NCBI GenBank assembly: GCA_963701665.1
Contig: OY969622.1
Span: forward strand, 384,001-448,000
DNA length: 64,000 nt
From: Candidatus Babeliales bacterium
GTDB taxonomy: Bacteria > Babelota > Babeliae > Babelales > JANWKD01
Reading direction: 5' to 3'
Positions within the stretch are counted from its first letter, which is position 1; every line of letters starts with the position of its first letter. This document shows positions 1 through 10,698 of this stretch, one piece after another. Made by a program: the position numbers and the translations under genes. The notes beneath the pieces are model-generated. The model did not search any database. It saw only the letters and a program-made list of their open reading frames with translations, and was not told the DNA's origin.

Positions 1-2097
1 AGCAAAAGGTTTTAAGTATGATAATTTTAAAAGATCACGGTATACATCTTTGCCACTCGTTTTCCATATAAAATGATGCTGCAGTTTTTGTTCCTCTTCT
101 TGTTTCTCTAGTTTGTCCATACTTTGAGGGAATGCTTGCATGACGCTCGCCAGAGTTTGCCATGCGCTCGTTTTTTGTTTTGTCATTGCGTACGCTTGCT
201 CAATTGCGCGTGCTCTTGTTAAAGCGAGTGGCAATCCATCAAATTCAAAACGTAACGTCGCACACCATGCAATGCATGCAATCAACCCTGCACAACAGAA
301 AGCATAGAGAAAATTTTTATTGCTGGAAATAAAAGTTGTTGCATGGGTAATATTCTTTGCATGTGCGTGCGCTTTTTGAGGCGTAGGTTTCCATGCATCA
401 TTATAACAAGAATCGGGTGCATTGGTGATTTTGTGTGCTGAAATGATGCGCCATAAGACGACCAAAATAGGAATAATGGCGCCAATAATAATAAGAACTT
501 TACTGATAATAAGGGTAGGGGCCGATGCGATAAAAATTGGTAAAGAAAACCAAATCACATCGTATACATAATGAGAAACGATAGGCACAAGAAGGCCAAA
601 TTTAAGATACAAAAATCCAAAAACAAATGAAGGTATAATAAGTTCAATAACACGAACATAGGCAGGTTGTGCCGGGTAGTTTGCATGAGCGGCACCAAAA
701 ATGACTGCCTGAAGAATAAAGGCTCCAACCATCCACCATGTATGATTGCCATATTTTTTGCCTATAAGATGTGCACACGAAAGAGGTATTGCTCGAAAGA
801 GGCATTCTTCAAGAAGTCCCGCGCTCAGTGAAAGAGCGAGTGGCGATAACCAGGGTAGATAATGGGCGAGAATGTTTGGATCATACAGTTGTTCTGCAGG
901 AGACCACCAACCAAAATAGCGCAAGGCAAGATAATACAAGCCAATTGCAAAAGCAAAGTCAAAGCCTAAAATTAAATAACTTCCTATTGTTCGCCCAAGG
1001 ACTTGCCGTGAGTGTCCTGCGGTTGCGCCCCATATGCGCCAAAATTGTAAATGATGGCCGAACGCTTTGCGTGTCAAACTTTCTGCAGTCATGATGATTA
1101 ATGTGGCAAGACCGCTAAATACTACCATGATGACTAAAATACGTACGAAGATAAGAGAAAGAAAGCTATACCAAGAAAGTGAAGTAGGGTAGAATTTCAT
1201 CAAAAGTGGTAATTCATTTACCATGACTGCACCTTGCAAAATGCCGATGAAGCTACCAAGAATCAATGGCATTTTCCAAAGAATGATACGTTGTCGCAAA
1301 AGAAAGAATAATGCAACTAATCCACCAAGTGCATAGAGAAATAGTGCCGCTATTAAGGCGATAAATGCGATAATATTGTTATCTGAGCGCATTTCTTTAT
1401 AACGACGTATAAAAGCATCGGGAACTTTCAAAGAACGTTCTAATTTTGTGAATCTATCACCACTAACAACCAGTTGTAATCTATAGGGTGCTTCACCGAC
1501 TTTTTTATCATTGCGCTCGTAAACGAAGGTATGATCGATGCGCCCGTTCGGACGAACTTCTTGCGAGGTTTCAGCTTCTATATAATGAGTAAAATTGATA
1601 TGCCACTCGTTTGTTGCGTGTGCCAAAGCTATTGCGCGCGCTTGATCTGGCGCGAGTGCTGGACCTTGTTGATCTTCTGCAATTATTTCAACAAATCCAT
1701 ACGGTTTTCCAAGAGGGGTAAATTTGATTGTCGCTTCATTAACTTCATGTTCTTTGAAATGGCGCACTGACCATGTATAAGGCGAATAATCAGCATCATG
1801 AAGCATTTCTTTAAATTTTGCCAATCCGCCGCCTTCAAGTTCGATGAAATTTTTTGTTTGAGAATCAACATCAAAAGAAGCCGCTCGTTTATAGGCGTCT
1901 GGGCCCCAATGATTGCGGAGCATGAGATCTTGAGCGGTACTTAATGCATGCTGACGATCCATGGTAATTTTGAGATCAATAATAGGGAATGCCTTAGAAA
2001 AATAGTTGAATGAAAACCAACAACCGCCTGCAAATATTAAGAAAAAAAGTATCCAGAAGATTGGTTTTTTTGTCAATCCTTGAAAGTGATACATCAT
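1..2097 (-). CDS. Large multi-TM CPBP-family (CAAX/Abi) intramembrane glutamic endopeptidase, 3' end beyond window edge
   Basis: Not in the ORF track (runs off the edge). Manual translation from ATG 2097: MMYHFQGLTKKPIFWILFF...; in the same frame GLLEECLFRAIP, IFGAAHANYP and SHYVYD match CPBP motifs. Confidence 0.8.
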   Translation of the reverse strand, partial: MMYHFQGLTKKPIFWILFFLIFAGGCWFSFNYFSKAFPIIDLKITMDRQHALSTAQDLMLRNHWGPDAYKRAASFDVDSQTKNFIELEGGGLAKFKEMLHDADYSPYTWSVRHFKEHEVNEATIKFTPLGKPYGFVEIIAEDQQGPALAPDQARAIALAHATNEWHINFTHYIEAETSQEVRPNGRIDHTFVYERNDKKVGEAPYRLQLVVSGDRFTKLERSLKVPDAFIRRYKEMRSDNNIIAFIALIAALFLYALGGLVALFFLLRQRIILWKMPLILGSFIGILQGAVMVNELPLLMKFYPTSLSWYSFLSLIFVRILVIMVVFSGLATLIIMTAESLTRKAFGHHLQFWRIWGATAGHSRQVLGRTIGSYLILGFDFAFAIGLYYLALRYFGWWSPAEQLYDPNILAHYLPWLSPLALSLSAGLLEECLFRAIPLSCAHLIGKKYGNHTWWMVGAFILQAVIFGAAHANYPAQPAYVRVIELIIPSFVFGFLYLKFGLLVPIVSHYVYDVIWFSLPIFIASAPTLIISKVLIIIGAIIPILVVLWRIISAHKITNAPDSCYNDAWKPTPQKAHAHAKNITHATTFISSNKNFLYAFCCAGLIACIAWCATLRFEFDGLPLALTRARAIEQAYAMTKQKTSAWQTLASVMQAFPQSMDKLEKQEEEQKLQHHFIWKTSGKDVYRDLLKLSYLKPFA

Positions 2098-2225
2098 CTA
2101 TCCTTATTTTTAAAAAAGAGTAAAAACATTCTCAACTTACAAGGATTTGTTATTTTGTCTATGATTGGAGATTTAAAGAATAAATGCTCGCAAATGTTAA
2201 TGTTGCGAGCATCTGCATTAATTAA

Positions 2226-2801
2226 TTATTTATTTTGTTCGTTAGGGGAGAATAAAGCGAGCGCTGCCACGTATGCGGGGACAGCATCTACGAGATTTGC
2301 AAAGTCAAGCTCTATAAATATCTTTGTATCAATGTCATAAACGGGAGTAAGCCGGCCTGAAGAGTCTTCTTTATAAAATAAAAGTTTTGGTTTATGTGTT
2401 GATGTACGCATGCGTTTACGCATTGGCTTCACTGGGGCATTCGGTTCTTTGCATGAGTCATCCAATTTGCTAGATGGTGTTGTAGTTCCATATTCCTGAA
2501 ATAAACGGTGTGTGCGTTTATGTGTTGGTTTCTCTCTTCGTTGATGCTTTGATTTCATGGGTGATTTTATTGGTGCCCCTGGCTCTATGGGGATTAATTT
2601 GCAAGAGGACATTTTTCCGCGTTCCCGCATTGCATCTTCTTTAATATTTTCTTTATAAAGCTTATTCAGTTCTTTATCAACTTCATTAAATTCTTCATTG
2701 CAGCATAACAATGGGCTATCTGCCGTTTTTTCTTGCATCGCATATAGAAAAGAAAGTGAGGATGATAATAAAAAGGCCGTTACTAATGGTAGAAGTTTCA
2801 T
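2226..2801 (-). CDS. Hypothetical secreted protein with basic NLS-like stretches
   Basis: Signal peptide ending LYA|MQE; RKRMR and KHQRR stretches. Confidence 0.7.
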   Translation of the reverse strand: MKLLPLVTAFLLSSSLSFLYAMQEKTADSPLLCCNEEFNEVDKELNKLYKENIKEDAMRERGKMSSCKLIPIEPGAPIKSPMKSKHQRREKPTHKRTHRLFQEYGTTTPSSKLDDSCKEPNAPVKPMRKRMRTSTHKPKLLFYKEDSSGRLTPVYDIDTKIFIELDFANLVDAVPAYVAALALFSPNEQNK

Positions 2802-2890
2802 TGAATTCCTTTATAAGTTTTTATAGTTTTAAATAGAATTGTTGTAGCTCATTTCATGTTGTTTTAATTCATTCAAAACTCCTTCAAAAA

Positions 2891-2926
2891 AAATCGGTTG
2901 GTTAACATATTTTAACCAACCGATTT
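2891..2926. terminator. Hairpin, probable intrinsic terminator of 2957-3298
   Basis: aaatcggttggttaa ... ttaaccaaccgattt inverted repeat with an A-run on the left (U-tract on minus strand). Confidence 0.6.
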
Positions 2927-2956
2927 ATAAAATCCAATGAAAAATAATTTGAAGTT

Positions 2957-3298
2957 TTATTTTGTCTTACTCAGGAATTCAAATTTAGCAGCATTTATTC
3001 TTTTGACTGGATCAGAACTATTTTTATGTTGAGCAACATAATTTTGTATTTCTGCATCAACAACTTCTTGCTCATTTTCTTCAAGCTCAGATCTGTTGAA
3101 GTGTGCATTCATTAGCCCAATTTCTGTAGCGCCAAAAGATGGATTTTGGTAAATTTCAGGTGCTAAGAGTGTATCCAATTCTGCTTCAATGGCATCTTTG
3201 TCTACGGGAGTGTTACCCCAAGGAAATGGTACCTGCATTGAAAATGTAGGCAAGATAACCATGCTTGATAAAATAAGCATTAAAAATTTACTGTTCAT
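2957..3298 (-). CDS. Hypothetical secreted protein
   Basis: Signal peptide ending TFS|MQV. Confidence 0.65.
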   Translation of the reverse strand: MNSKFLMLILSSMVILPTFSMQVPFPWGNTPVDKDAIEAELDTLLAPEIYQNPSFGATEIGLMNAHFNRSELEENEQEVVDAEIQNYVAQHKNSSDPVKRINAAKFEFLSKTK

Positions 3299-3408
3299 TT
3301 ATGTCCCTTTGTTTATATGAAATTAAATATTATTTTGAATAATATACGATAGAGAGATTATCTCATAAAAAATTCTGATTGTCAATAAGTATTGCGGGTT
3401 TTGCTTAA

Positions 3409-4773
3409 TTATTCAGAGAATAAGGTAAGAAGCTCGTAAACGCTGCCGAATTTGACGACTTTAGGGATGGACTTTTCTAGCTTCTGGTTTTGAGCGACAA
3501 AGAGGGTAGAAATGCCAAATTTTTGGGCTTCAAGGGCATGAATGCTTATTTGATTAATGGGTTTTATTTGCCCAGTTAAGCTGATTTCGCCAAGAGCAAT
3601 TGATTTTTCAGGGAGCGGTTTTTGGAAGTAGCTTGAGAGCAACGCGAGCGCTATGCCAAGATCAATGCCATGTTCTTTAATCTTAAAGCCGCCGCTGATT
3701 TTAAAAAAAATATCATGGGCGCTGAATCTGATTTGCAGATATTTTTCTAGGATTGCTGCAATAATGATAACTTGCTTTTGATCAATGCCAGAAATCACCC
3801 GTTGTGGCATACCAAATTTTGAGCTGACAGTGAGTGCTTGTAATTCAATAAGTAAGGGTTTTGAACCCTCAATATAACTTATAAGCATGGAACCTGGCGC
3901 ATAGGAAGCTTCATTAAGCAACTGCTGATTTATGTTGGCAACTTCTTGCAAACCATATTCTTTCATTTCAAAAAAACCAAGTTCATTAATGCCCCCGAAC
4001 CGGTTTTTTACCGAGCGCAAAACGCGTGTCTGCCAACGATCTTCTCCTTGTAAATAAAAGACGGCATCGACCATATGTTCAAGAAGTTTTGGTCCTGCCA
4101 TGGTGCCTTCTTTAGTGATATGGCCCGTTAAAATAACACTAATCATATGTTCTTTGGCAAGACGCATGACATGAAATGCTGCTTCGCGTAGTTGTCCTAC
4201 CGTGCCTGGAATAGTCTGCGAAGTGGAAGTATAACAGTTTTGAATAGAATCAATAACAATAAGATCAGGTTTTTGTTGTTCTGCCATGCTCAAAATAGTT
4301 TCCAAATTGCCGTGATCTGAAAAAAGCAATTTAGTTTCTTTGCATTGCAAACGTTCAGCGCGTTGAGATACTTGCTCAAGTGATTCTTCTGATGAAAAAT
4401 AAAATATAGTGTAATTGCGTGCAAGGTGATGGGCAACTTGCAAAAGTAATGTTGATTTTCCGATACCTGGATCGCCCGTTAAAATAAGTAATGATCCTGG
4501 CATAATACCGCCGCCCATAACTCTATCCCATTCATGGATACCCGAGAGCATGCGTTTATGATCAGTTTTAACAATTGTCGAGAGCGATGTTAACGTAGCT
4601 GGCTTGCCGCTAAAAGAAGAAGGGGCATGTTTTGTTTCTTGTTTTTCAGTAATGCTTCCCCAATCTTGACATTCTGGGCAACAGCCAAGCCATTTTGGCG
4701 GACGGTAATCGCAATTAGTACAATAATATTCAATTTTTTGTTTGCTCATGCGCTCATAATTTTTTTTGTGCAA
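3409..4773 (-). CDS. radA: DNA repair protein RadA/Sms (start may be 4749)
   Basis: C4 zinc finger CTNC..CPEC, Walker A GDPGIGKST, KNRFG motif. Confidence 0.97.
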   Translation of the reverse strand: MHKKNYERMSKQKIEYYCTNCDYRPPKWLGCCPECQDWGSITEKQETKHAPSSFSGKPATLTSLSTIVKTDHKRMLSGIHEWDRVMGGGIMPGSLLILTGDPGIGKSTLLLQVAHHLARNYTIFYFSSEESLEQVSQRAERLQCKETKLLFSDHGNLETILSMAEQQKPDLIVIDSIQNCYTSTSQTIPGTVGQLREAAFHVMRLAKEHMISVILTGHITKEGTMAGPKLLEHMVDAVFYLQGEDRWQTRVLRSVKNRFGGINELGFFEMKEYGLQEVANINQQLLNEASYAPGSMLISYIEGSKPLLIELQALTVSSKFGMPQRVISGIDQKQVIIIAAILEKYLQIRFSAHDIFFKISGGFKIKEHGIDLGIALALLSSYFQKPLPEKSIALGEISLTGQIKPINQISIHALEAQKFGISTLFVAQNQKLEKSIPKVVKFGSVYELLTLFSE

Positions 4774-4890
4774 CAGACATCTCTTGTAAAAGAGTACGTT
4801 TTATATTAATTTTTGACAAATGGTTTTATGTGCATCATAGTGCATTACCTTAATAAAACTTTCTACATTAATGTTGGCATAGGATTTTTA

Positions 4891-6237
4891 ATGAACATAA
4901 ACCCTGATAATCAAGCAAGTACGCAGTACGGAACATCGAAACCAGTAACATTGCCGTGTGCGAGTGATGCGTCATTAAAACTTGAACAATCACTTGATCT
5001 TCGTGGCACGGTATCTTTAATTGGCGCAAAAAATGCAACGCTTGTTATTATGGCATCATTATTGCTTACAGAAGGTGTTTCAATTCTTACGAATGTTCCA
5101 TGTTCTGATGATGTTTTGCAAATGATTGAGTTGTTGCGCGATCTTGGGGCAACCGTAATTTTTTATTCGGATAAAAATACGCTTGAAGTTGACACGCGTT
5201 TTGTTAATAACTATAAAGTTAATCCCGCAATTATGAAAAAAATGCGTGCGTCTGTGCTTGTTATGGGTCCTTTATTGGCACGATTCTCACGCGCAGATAT
5301 TGCATTGCCCGGTGGTTGTGCCATTGGTGAACGGCCAATAGATTTTCATATTAAAAATTTTGAAAAAATGAATGTCGAGTGCGTCATTGATGGAGAATTT
5401 TTAATTGGAGCTACGACAAAATTAAAATCTGGAACGCTCGTTTTGGATTATCCAAGTGTTGGTGCCACTGAAAATTTAATGATGGCTGCGACGCTCACGC
5501 GGGGAACAACGCGTATTATTAACGCGTCTCTCGAACCGGAAGTATTAGATTTGATTGCAGTGTTACGTGCGATGGGCGCTCAAATTGAAATTGCGCCACC
5601 CGCTACCTTACTAATAACGGGTGTTTCTGAATTGTTACCCATTACGCATCATATTATGTACGATCGTCTTGAAGCAGGAGCGCTTTTATTAGCAGCGGCA
5701 ATAACCGGCGGCAGTGTGACATTGCCTGATGCTGATGCGAATGTCATGGATGTTTTCTTGCTCAAATTACAAGAAATGGGCCATGCCGTGAAAGTTGGTA
5801 ACAATGGTAAAGGCATCACCTTGCACGCGACCAAACAGCCGCGCGCTGTGTCATTTAGCACGGCTCCTTATCCAGGTTTTCCGACCGATTTGCAAGCGCC
5901 TATGATGGCTGCTCAATGTTTAGCGGCTGGAAAAAGCATAATCCATGAAACGGTGTTTGAAAATCGCTTTCTTCATGTGCGCGAGTTACAAAAAATGGGC
6001 GCACAAATTACTATTCAGGGTGATCGCGTGACGGTAACTGGCGTTGATGCTTTATATGGGGCTTCTGTTATTGCTCCTGATATACGTGCATCATGTGCGC
6101 TCGTATTGGCAGGACTTGCAGCAAAGGGTACAACATTTGTGACGGGCATACATCATTGGAAACGAGGGTATGAAGCGCTTGAAAAGAAATTATCATCACT
6201 TGGCGCGCGTATTATCCTAAAAAAAGCTGCCGGCTAA
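4891..6237 (+). CDS. murA: UDP-N-acetylglucosamine 1-carboxyvinyltransferase (start uncertain)
   Basis: GAKNA, LPGGCAIGERP active-site loop, YPGFPTDLQ, ETVFENRF. Confidence 0.96.
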   Translation: MNINPDNQASTQYGTSKPVTLPCASDASLKLEQSLDLRGTVSLIGAKNATLVIMASLLLTEGVSILTNVPCSDDVLQMIELLRDLGATVIFYSDKNTLEVDTRFVNNYKVNPAIMKKMRASVLVMGPLLARFSRADIALPGGCAIGERPIDFHIKNFEKMNVECVIDGEFLIGATTKLKSGTLVLDYPSVGATENLMMAATLTRGTTRIINASLEPEVLDLIAVLRAMGAQIEIAPPATLLITGVSELLPITHHIMYDRLEAGALLLAAAITGGSVTLPDADANVMDVFLLKLQEMGHAVKVGNNGKGITLHATKQPRAVSFSTAPYPGFPTDLQAPMMAAQCLAAGKSIIHETVFENRFLHVRELQKMGAQITIQGDRVTVTGVDALYGASVIAPDIRASCALVLAGLAAKGTTFVTGIHHWKRGYEALEKKLSSLGARIILKKAAG

Positions 6238-7068
6238 ATCAGTAAGTTCGCGCGTAATTTTACTTTGACGTAATTTATTATAGTTCAATCGCATTTCTTC
6301 AAGTAACGTTGTTGCATTACGGGTAGAATTATCCATCGCAATGAAACGTGATGCTTGTTCAGCAATAAGTGATTGAAAAAGAAGATGATAAAGATTGGTA
6401 TACAAAACATGCTCTACCAAGAAATCCATAATTTCTTCGGGTGATTGTTCCCAAGCATATTCGGATAGAATATCATTACCGTTTGTAACGGCATGCTGTT
6501 CAGCTAGGGGAATGATCATGGTTTGTTGGGGCCGTTGCGTGAAGAAAGTTTTTGAATAACTACTAAAAACGATCACTGATGTGTAAGGGATTGCACTCGT
6601 TTTTATGTGGGCAATAATACTTTGTGTGATACTTGGCAATGTATGCATAGTAAATTGATGAAATTCCTTCACAACATGAGATTTTTGTTGGAGATATTCA
6701 GCCATTTTTTTTCCAACAACTATGATGTCGTAATCATATGCGGTAGTTTTTGCTAGTTCGTCTAAAAAAAAAGTGCATACTTCTGTATTGAAACTACCAC
6801 AAAGCCCTTTTTGAGAGCCAAGCACTATGAACAATGTTTTTTTGTGTGTTGTTTGGCTTTTTTTAAGAAGCGAGTGGTGCCATTTTTTGCTCGATGAGCT
6901 TAACAACGTGAACAGTGATGAAATTTCATGAGTATAGGCATCAAGCGCAGTTTTTTTTGCACGTAAACGCAGATGCGTTGACATGGCAATAAGGCGCATA
7001 GCGTGAGTTATTTTCTTGATCGTTTCTATCGCTTTTATGCGCTGTCGCATTTGAATGAGTTGTGCCAT
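6217..7068 (-). CDS. atpG: F1 ATP synthase gamma subunit
   Basis: KKITHAMRLIA, KGLCGSFN, EQASRFIAMDNSTRNA, RQSKITREL. Confidence 0.95.
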   Translation of the reverse strand: MAQLIQMRQRIKAIETIKKITHAMRLIAMSTHLRLRAKKTALDAYTHEISSLFTLLSSSSKKWHHSLLKKSQTTHKKTLFIVLGSQKGLCGSFNTEVCTFFLDELAKTTAYDYDIIVVGKKMAEYLQQKSHVVKEFHQFTMHTLPSITQSIIAHIKTSAIPYTSVIVFSSYSKTFFTQRPQQTMIIPLAEQHAVTNGNDILSEYAWEQSPEEIMDFLVEHVLYTNLYHLLFQSLIAEQASRFIAMDNSTRNATTLLEEMRLNYNKLRQSKITRELTDLAGSFF

Positions 7069-7285
7069 AGAGAAGCCTTACCGATGCACTAGGAACAGAT
7101 TTTGTACATTAAAATTAAAATAACCAGTATTTCATTATTTTGCAATACATACTCAAAAATTTCGATTTGTAAAAATGTTTTCGAGGGATATGCTACAATT
7201 TTAGACAAAAATGTTTAGAAATATGGCTTAATGCTTTACGCTTGAAAGCGGAAGGTAATTAAGTGATATGTAACGTGCGGGGAAT

Positions 7286-7858
7286 ATGATACTTATTGTA
7301 GATGGTTATAACGTACTTAAAAAATCGGTTGGAAGCTCAGCGAGTGTGCGTGAACGAGATGCTTTCATTAAAGCAGTCACTCGCTATGCGCATGCAAAAA
7401 AACACATGATAGTACTTGTTTTTGATGGGGGTGCTTCTTCATGGCTCGAAACATTCGCCCCTTCTACCCATGTGAAAGTTATCTATGTTGGTCATGGCAA
7501 ATCTGCCGATGATTTTATTAAAGAATACCTAGAAATGCACAAAAAAGAAGACATTGCACTCGTTTCAAGTGATCGAGAGCTCAATAGATTTGCAGATAAA
7601 CGCTCGATTCCTTCTCTTGAAGCGCACGCGTTCATGGAACTTGTCGAGGGCGTTGTTGCAGGCAACGATAAAAACGAGCGCAAAGGAACGAGTGCTTTAC
7701 ATAAAGTTTCGTCAACGGAAAATGAAGCACTCGATGAACTAATGGCCGCATTAGAACCTGAAATGAAAAAAGAAGAAGGCGACAAAATGCCACCTTCAAA
7801 GAAAAATATGCCTTCAAAAAAAGAACGATTTTTGTTAAAGAAGGTAAAAAAATTATAA
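7286..7858 (+). CDS. NYN (PIN-like) domain protein, YacP/Rae1-like
   Basis: LIVDGYNV, LVFDG, SADDFI, VSSDREL motifs. Confidence 0.85.
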   Translation: MILIVDGYNVLKKSVGSSASVRERDAFIKAVTRYAHAKKHMIVLVFDGGASSWLETFAPSTHVKVIYVGHGKSADDFIKEYLEMHKKEDIALVSSDRELNRFADKRSIPSLEAHAFMELVEGVVAGNDKNERKGTSALHKVSSTENEALDELMAALEPEMKKEEGDKMPPSKKNMPSKKERFLLKKVKKL

Positions 7859-7861
7859 AAG

Positions 7862-8227
7862 TTACGGCCTAACTAGATGTATAAAAGCAAGATAAAGCAA
7901 CGCAGCTTCCATGCCTAACGCCGTTAACTCGCGCCAACATTTTTCAGGAATTGCACTGAGCCCTTGTACCGTTGACCATGCCAATAGTTCATTATCTGTT
8001 AAAAGCTCTTGCTTATCATACTCTTTTAATTCATCGGCGTAGGTAACAGCTACTTTTTTGCAATGCAGGTAGCGGTGTCCACAATCTTTTAATATTTCTC
8101 CACCGAGCCATGTTGCCGTTACTAATGCTCCTGCTGCAATAGCTAAGTTGACTGGATCACGTGTAATTGGTGAAGTTTTTTGTGGGATAAGCAGCAAAAG
8201 TAAAGTTGCCAAAATAAATACTTTCAT
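7862..8227 (-). CDS. Hypothetical exported/membrane protein
   Basis: Likely start MKVFILATLLLLL within the ORF-track frame, preceded by aggtgg; hydrophobic segments. Confidence 0.55.
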   Translation of the reverse strand: MKVFILATLLLLLIPQKTSPITRDPVNLAIAAGALVTATWLGGEILKDCGHRYLHCKKVAVTYADELKEYDKQELLTDNELLAWSTVQGLSAIPEKCWRELTALGMEAALLYLAFIHLVRP

Positions 8228-8417
8228 GGTCCACCTATAATAAAAAATGTAATAATTATTTAAAATCTTGAAAATTCTCGATCTTAAGCATCTTAATTGT
8301 ATATAAGGAAAAGTAAAATTGGTATAGAGAGAATCAGCTGGCAAGTTATTATCTACAGGATACCCGCAGAACTTTCGTGATAAATAAAAGTATGGTGAAA
8401 AAGCAAAGGGAAAAAGA

Positions 8418-9104
8418 ATGAAGATACTTATGGTGCTGACATCTCACGATCAACTCGGCAATACCGGCCGCAAGACCGGTTTCTGGCTCGAGGAGTTCGC
8501 AGCTCCTTATTATGTATTTAGGGATGCAGGTGTTGACTTAACGTTAGCCTCACCTAAAGGTGGACAACCGCCAATTGATCCCAAAAGCGATCTTCTAGAT
8601 AATCAAACTCCCGCAATGACGCGGTTCAAACAAGATAAAGTAGCGCAACAAGCGCTTGCTCATACAGTTAAGCTCGCCGATATGAAGGCGAAAGATTTTG
8701 ACGCTATATTCTATTCGGGTGGACATGGCCCTATGTGGGATCTTGTCGATAACCCCGATTCAATAGCTCTGATAGAGTCTTTCTACAACGCAGACAAGCC
8801 TGTTACCGCGGTCTGCCATGCGCCGGGAGTTCTTCATCGAGTGACTTATAAGGGAGCTCCAATTGTGAAGGGTAAGAAGGTGACGGGTTTTACTAATGGT
8901 GAAGAGGAAGATGTCCACCTCACCAAGGTTGTGCCATTTCTTGTCGAAGATGAGCTGAAGAGGCTGGGCGGTCTTTATGAGAAAGGGCCCGATTGGAAGA
9001 GCTTTGTGGTAGTTGATGGTCGACTTATTACCGGGCAGAATCCTGCATCATCGACTGCGGCAGCACGTGCACTTTTGGATTTATTGTCGCGCAAATCTGC
9101 GTAG
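8418..9104 (+). CDS. DJ-1/PfpI (type 1 glutamine amidotransferase-like) protein
   Basis: TGFWLEE, GGHGPMWDL, VCHAP, ITGQNPAS. Confidence 0.93.
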   Translation: MKILMVLTSHDQLGNTGRKTGFWLEEFAAPYYVFRDAGVDLTLASPKGGQPPIDPKSDLLDNQTPAMTRFKQDKVAQQALAHTVKLADMKAKDFDAIFYSGGHGPMWDLVDNPDSIALIESFYNADKPVTAVCHAPGVLHRVTYKGAPIVKGKKVTGFTNGEEEDVHLTKVVPFLVEDELKRLGGLYEKGPDWKSFVVVDGRLITGQNPASSTAAARALLDLLSRKSA

Positions 9105-9182
9105 TTGCTTGGTATTTTGCTAAAATTAATACTATCATGATAGAAATAGCTCATTTTGAAGGCAAAGTACATTAAAAAAGAG

Positions 9183-9629
9183 ATGAAAAAAATAGCAGGC
9201 ATTCAACACACGTATACTCTTGAGAACCTGGCAGCAATTGTTGACGAGCTTTATGGGCTTAAACAGAAATGTAAGATTTTTACGTTGACTGGTGATTTAG
9301 GGGCAGGTAAAACGACGTTAGTAAAAGCATTATTAAAAAGATTTGGCGTGCATGAGCCAGTAACAAGCCCGACCTTTAGCTATGTTAATACCTATACAAA
9401 TGCTCAAAACGAAAAGCTACATCATTTTGATTTGTATCGTCTTTCAAATAGTGATGAATTTTTGCATGCAGGATTTGATGAGTTTTTGTATGAACCGCAT
9501 AGTTGGGTGTTTATTGAATGGCCTGCAATTGTTGAGCCTTTATTGCAGCATAGTGTATGCAAAATTGTGCTAGACTATGATCCCCAAAATCATAAACAAC
9601 GGATTATAACCTATCAGGTTATTGAATAA
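9183..9629 (+). CDS. tsaE: tRNA t6A biosynthesis ATPase TsaE (start uncertain)
   Basis: GDLGAGKTT, VTSPTF, HFDLYRL, IEW. Confidence 0.93.
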   Translation: MKKIAGIQHTYTLENLAAIVDELYGLKQKCKIFTLTGDLGAGKTTLVKALLKRFGVHEPVTSPTFSYVNTYTNAQNEKLHHFDLYRLSNSDEFLHAGFDEFLYEPHSWVFIEWPAIVEPLLQHSVCKIVLDYDPQNHKQRIITYQVIE

Positions 9630-9682
9630 GGGCGAATGGGTCGAGACCTTTTGCCTTTTGTTAAAAGCCATAAAGGAAATGT

Positions 9683-9907
9683 ATGACCTATCAGAGCCCC
9701 TTAGCATCAAAGCCAGATTATCTGGTATGTACCTGCATGGGGGTTATGTATTCTGAAATAGCTGCGGCAATAAAAAATGGGTCTGTTACCTATGAATCAT
9801 TATCTGAACATCTTATGGTTGGTAGTGGCTGCAGCAGTTGTGTGCAAGAAGTGCATGATATCCTGCGTCAAGAGCTAGAATTATCATTAAAAGGTAAACA
9901 AAACTAA
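9683..9907 (+). CDS. BFD-like (2Fe-2S)-binding protein
   Basis: VCTCMGV...GSGCSSC pattern. Confidence 0.85.
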   Translation: MTYQSPLASKPDYLVCTCMGVMYSEIAAAIKNGSVTYESLSEHLMVGSGCSSCVQEVHDILRQELELSLKGKQN

Positions 9908-9996
9908 GAACATTCTTGTGAAAACGAGTATCAAATTTATTGAAATTTGATAAAATGATTGAAATCTTTGAGAAAAACAATATCATAAAATCCATT

Positions 9997-10082
9997 GGTG
10001 AGATTCCCGAGTGGCCAAAGGGGACGGACTGTAAATCCGTTGGTTTATACCTTCGCAGGTTCGAATCCTGCTCTCACCACCA
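9997..10082 (+). tRNA. tRNA-Tyr(GUA)
   Basis: Cloverleaf with anticodon loop ctgtaaa, long variable arm, ttcgaatc T-loop, CCA end. Confidence 0.97.
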
Positions 10083-10300
10083 ATCTACGCCTGCATGGGG
10101 AAAAACTTCGATGTACTATTTGGCTACGATTGGCTGCGCCAGTTTCTTTAAGGGAGTGATGGCGTAGATTGCCCGTCGAAGCTCAATTTTGCTTCGAAGA
10201 TATGCCAATGCAAGCGAAGACTGGGCGGCAGTAGCTCACCAGAGCGTAGTAGGGCTGGTTAGGTTTGCCCCTATTGACTATTATGGTAGTATTGAAATAT

Positions 10301-10376
10301 GCGGGAATAGCTCAATTGGTAGAGCGACAGCCTTCCAAGCTGTAGGTTGCGGGTTCGAGCCCCGTTTCCCGCTCCA
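10301..10376 (+). tRNA. tRNA-Gly(UCC)
   Basis: gcgggaa/ttcccgc acceptor stem, loop cttccaa, CCA. Confidence 0.97.
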
Positions 10377-10406
10377 AAAAAGAGAATATACAACAAGGTA
10401 AGTAAT

Positions 10407-10482
10407 GCTGGCGTAGCTCAGTTGGTAGAGCAGCTGATTTGTAATCAGCAGGTCGCTGGTTCAAGTCCAGTCGCCAGCTCCA
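10407..10482 (+). tRNA. tRNA-Thr(UGU)
   Basis: gctggcg/cgccagc acceptor stem, loop tttgtaa, CCA. Confidence 0.97.
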
Positions 10483-10579
10483 AAAAAGCGGTAGGTAATT
10501 TGCAGCAGAACAATTTGTGTTTTTATTAATTTTTATTTATTCTATATCATAACTCATGCGTAATCGTGTGTTATTTTTG

Positions 10580-10655
10580 GCCCACGTAGCTCAGTCGGTA
10601 GAGCACTTCCTTGGTAAGGGAGAGGTCACCGGTTCAAATCCGGTCGCGGGCTCCA
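10580..10655 (+). tRNA. tRNA-Thr(GGU)
   Basis: Loop ttggtaa, ggttcaaatcc T arm, CCA. Confidence 0.96.
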
Positions 10656-10698
10656 TGAGAAAAATTCATCAATACATGTAGCGTTAATTGGTAAAAAA

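Noticed and set aside
282..2340. Short ORF-track calls (282-485, 555-752, 771-1094, 1531-1770, 1683-1874, 2080-2340)
   Set aside because: Shadows of the long minus-strand CPBP gene that runs off the window edge, or of the adjacent gene
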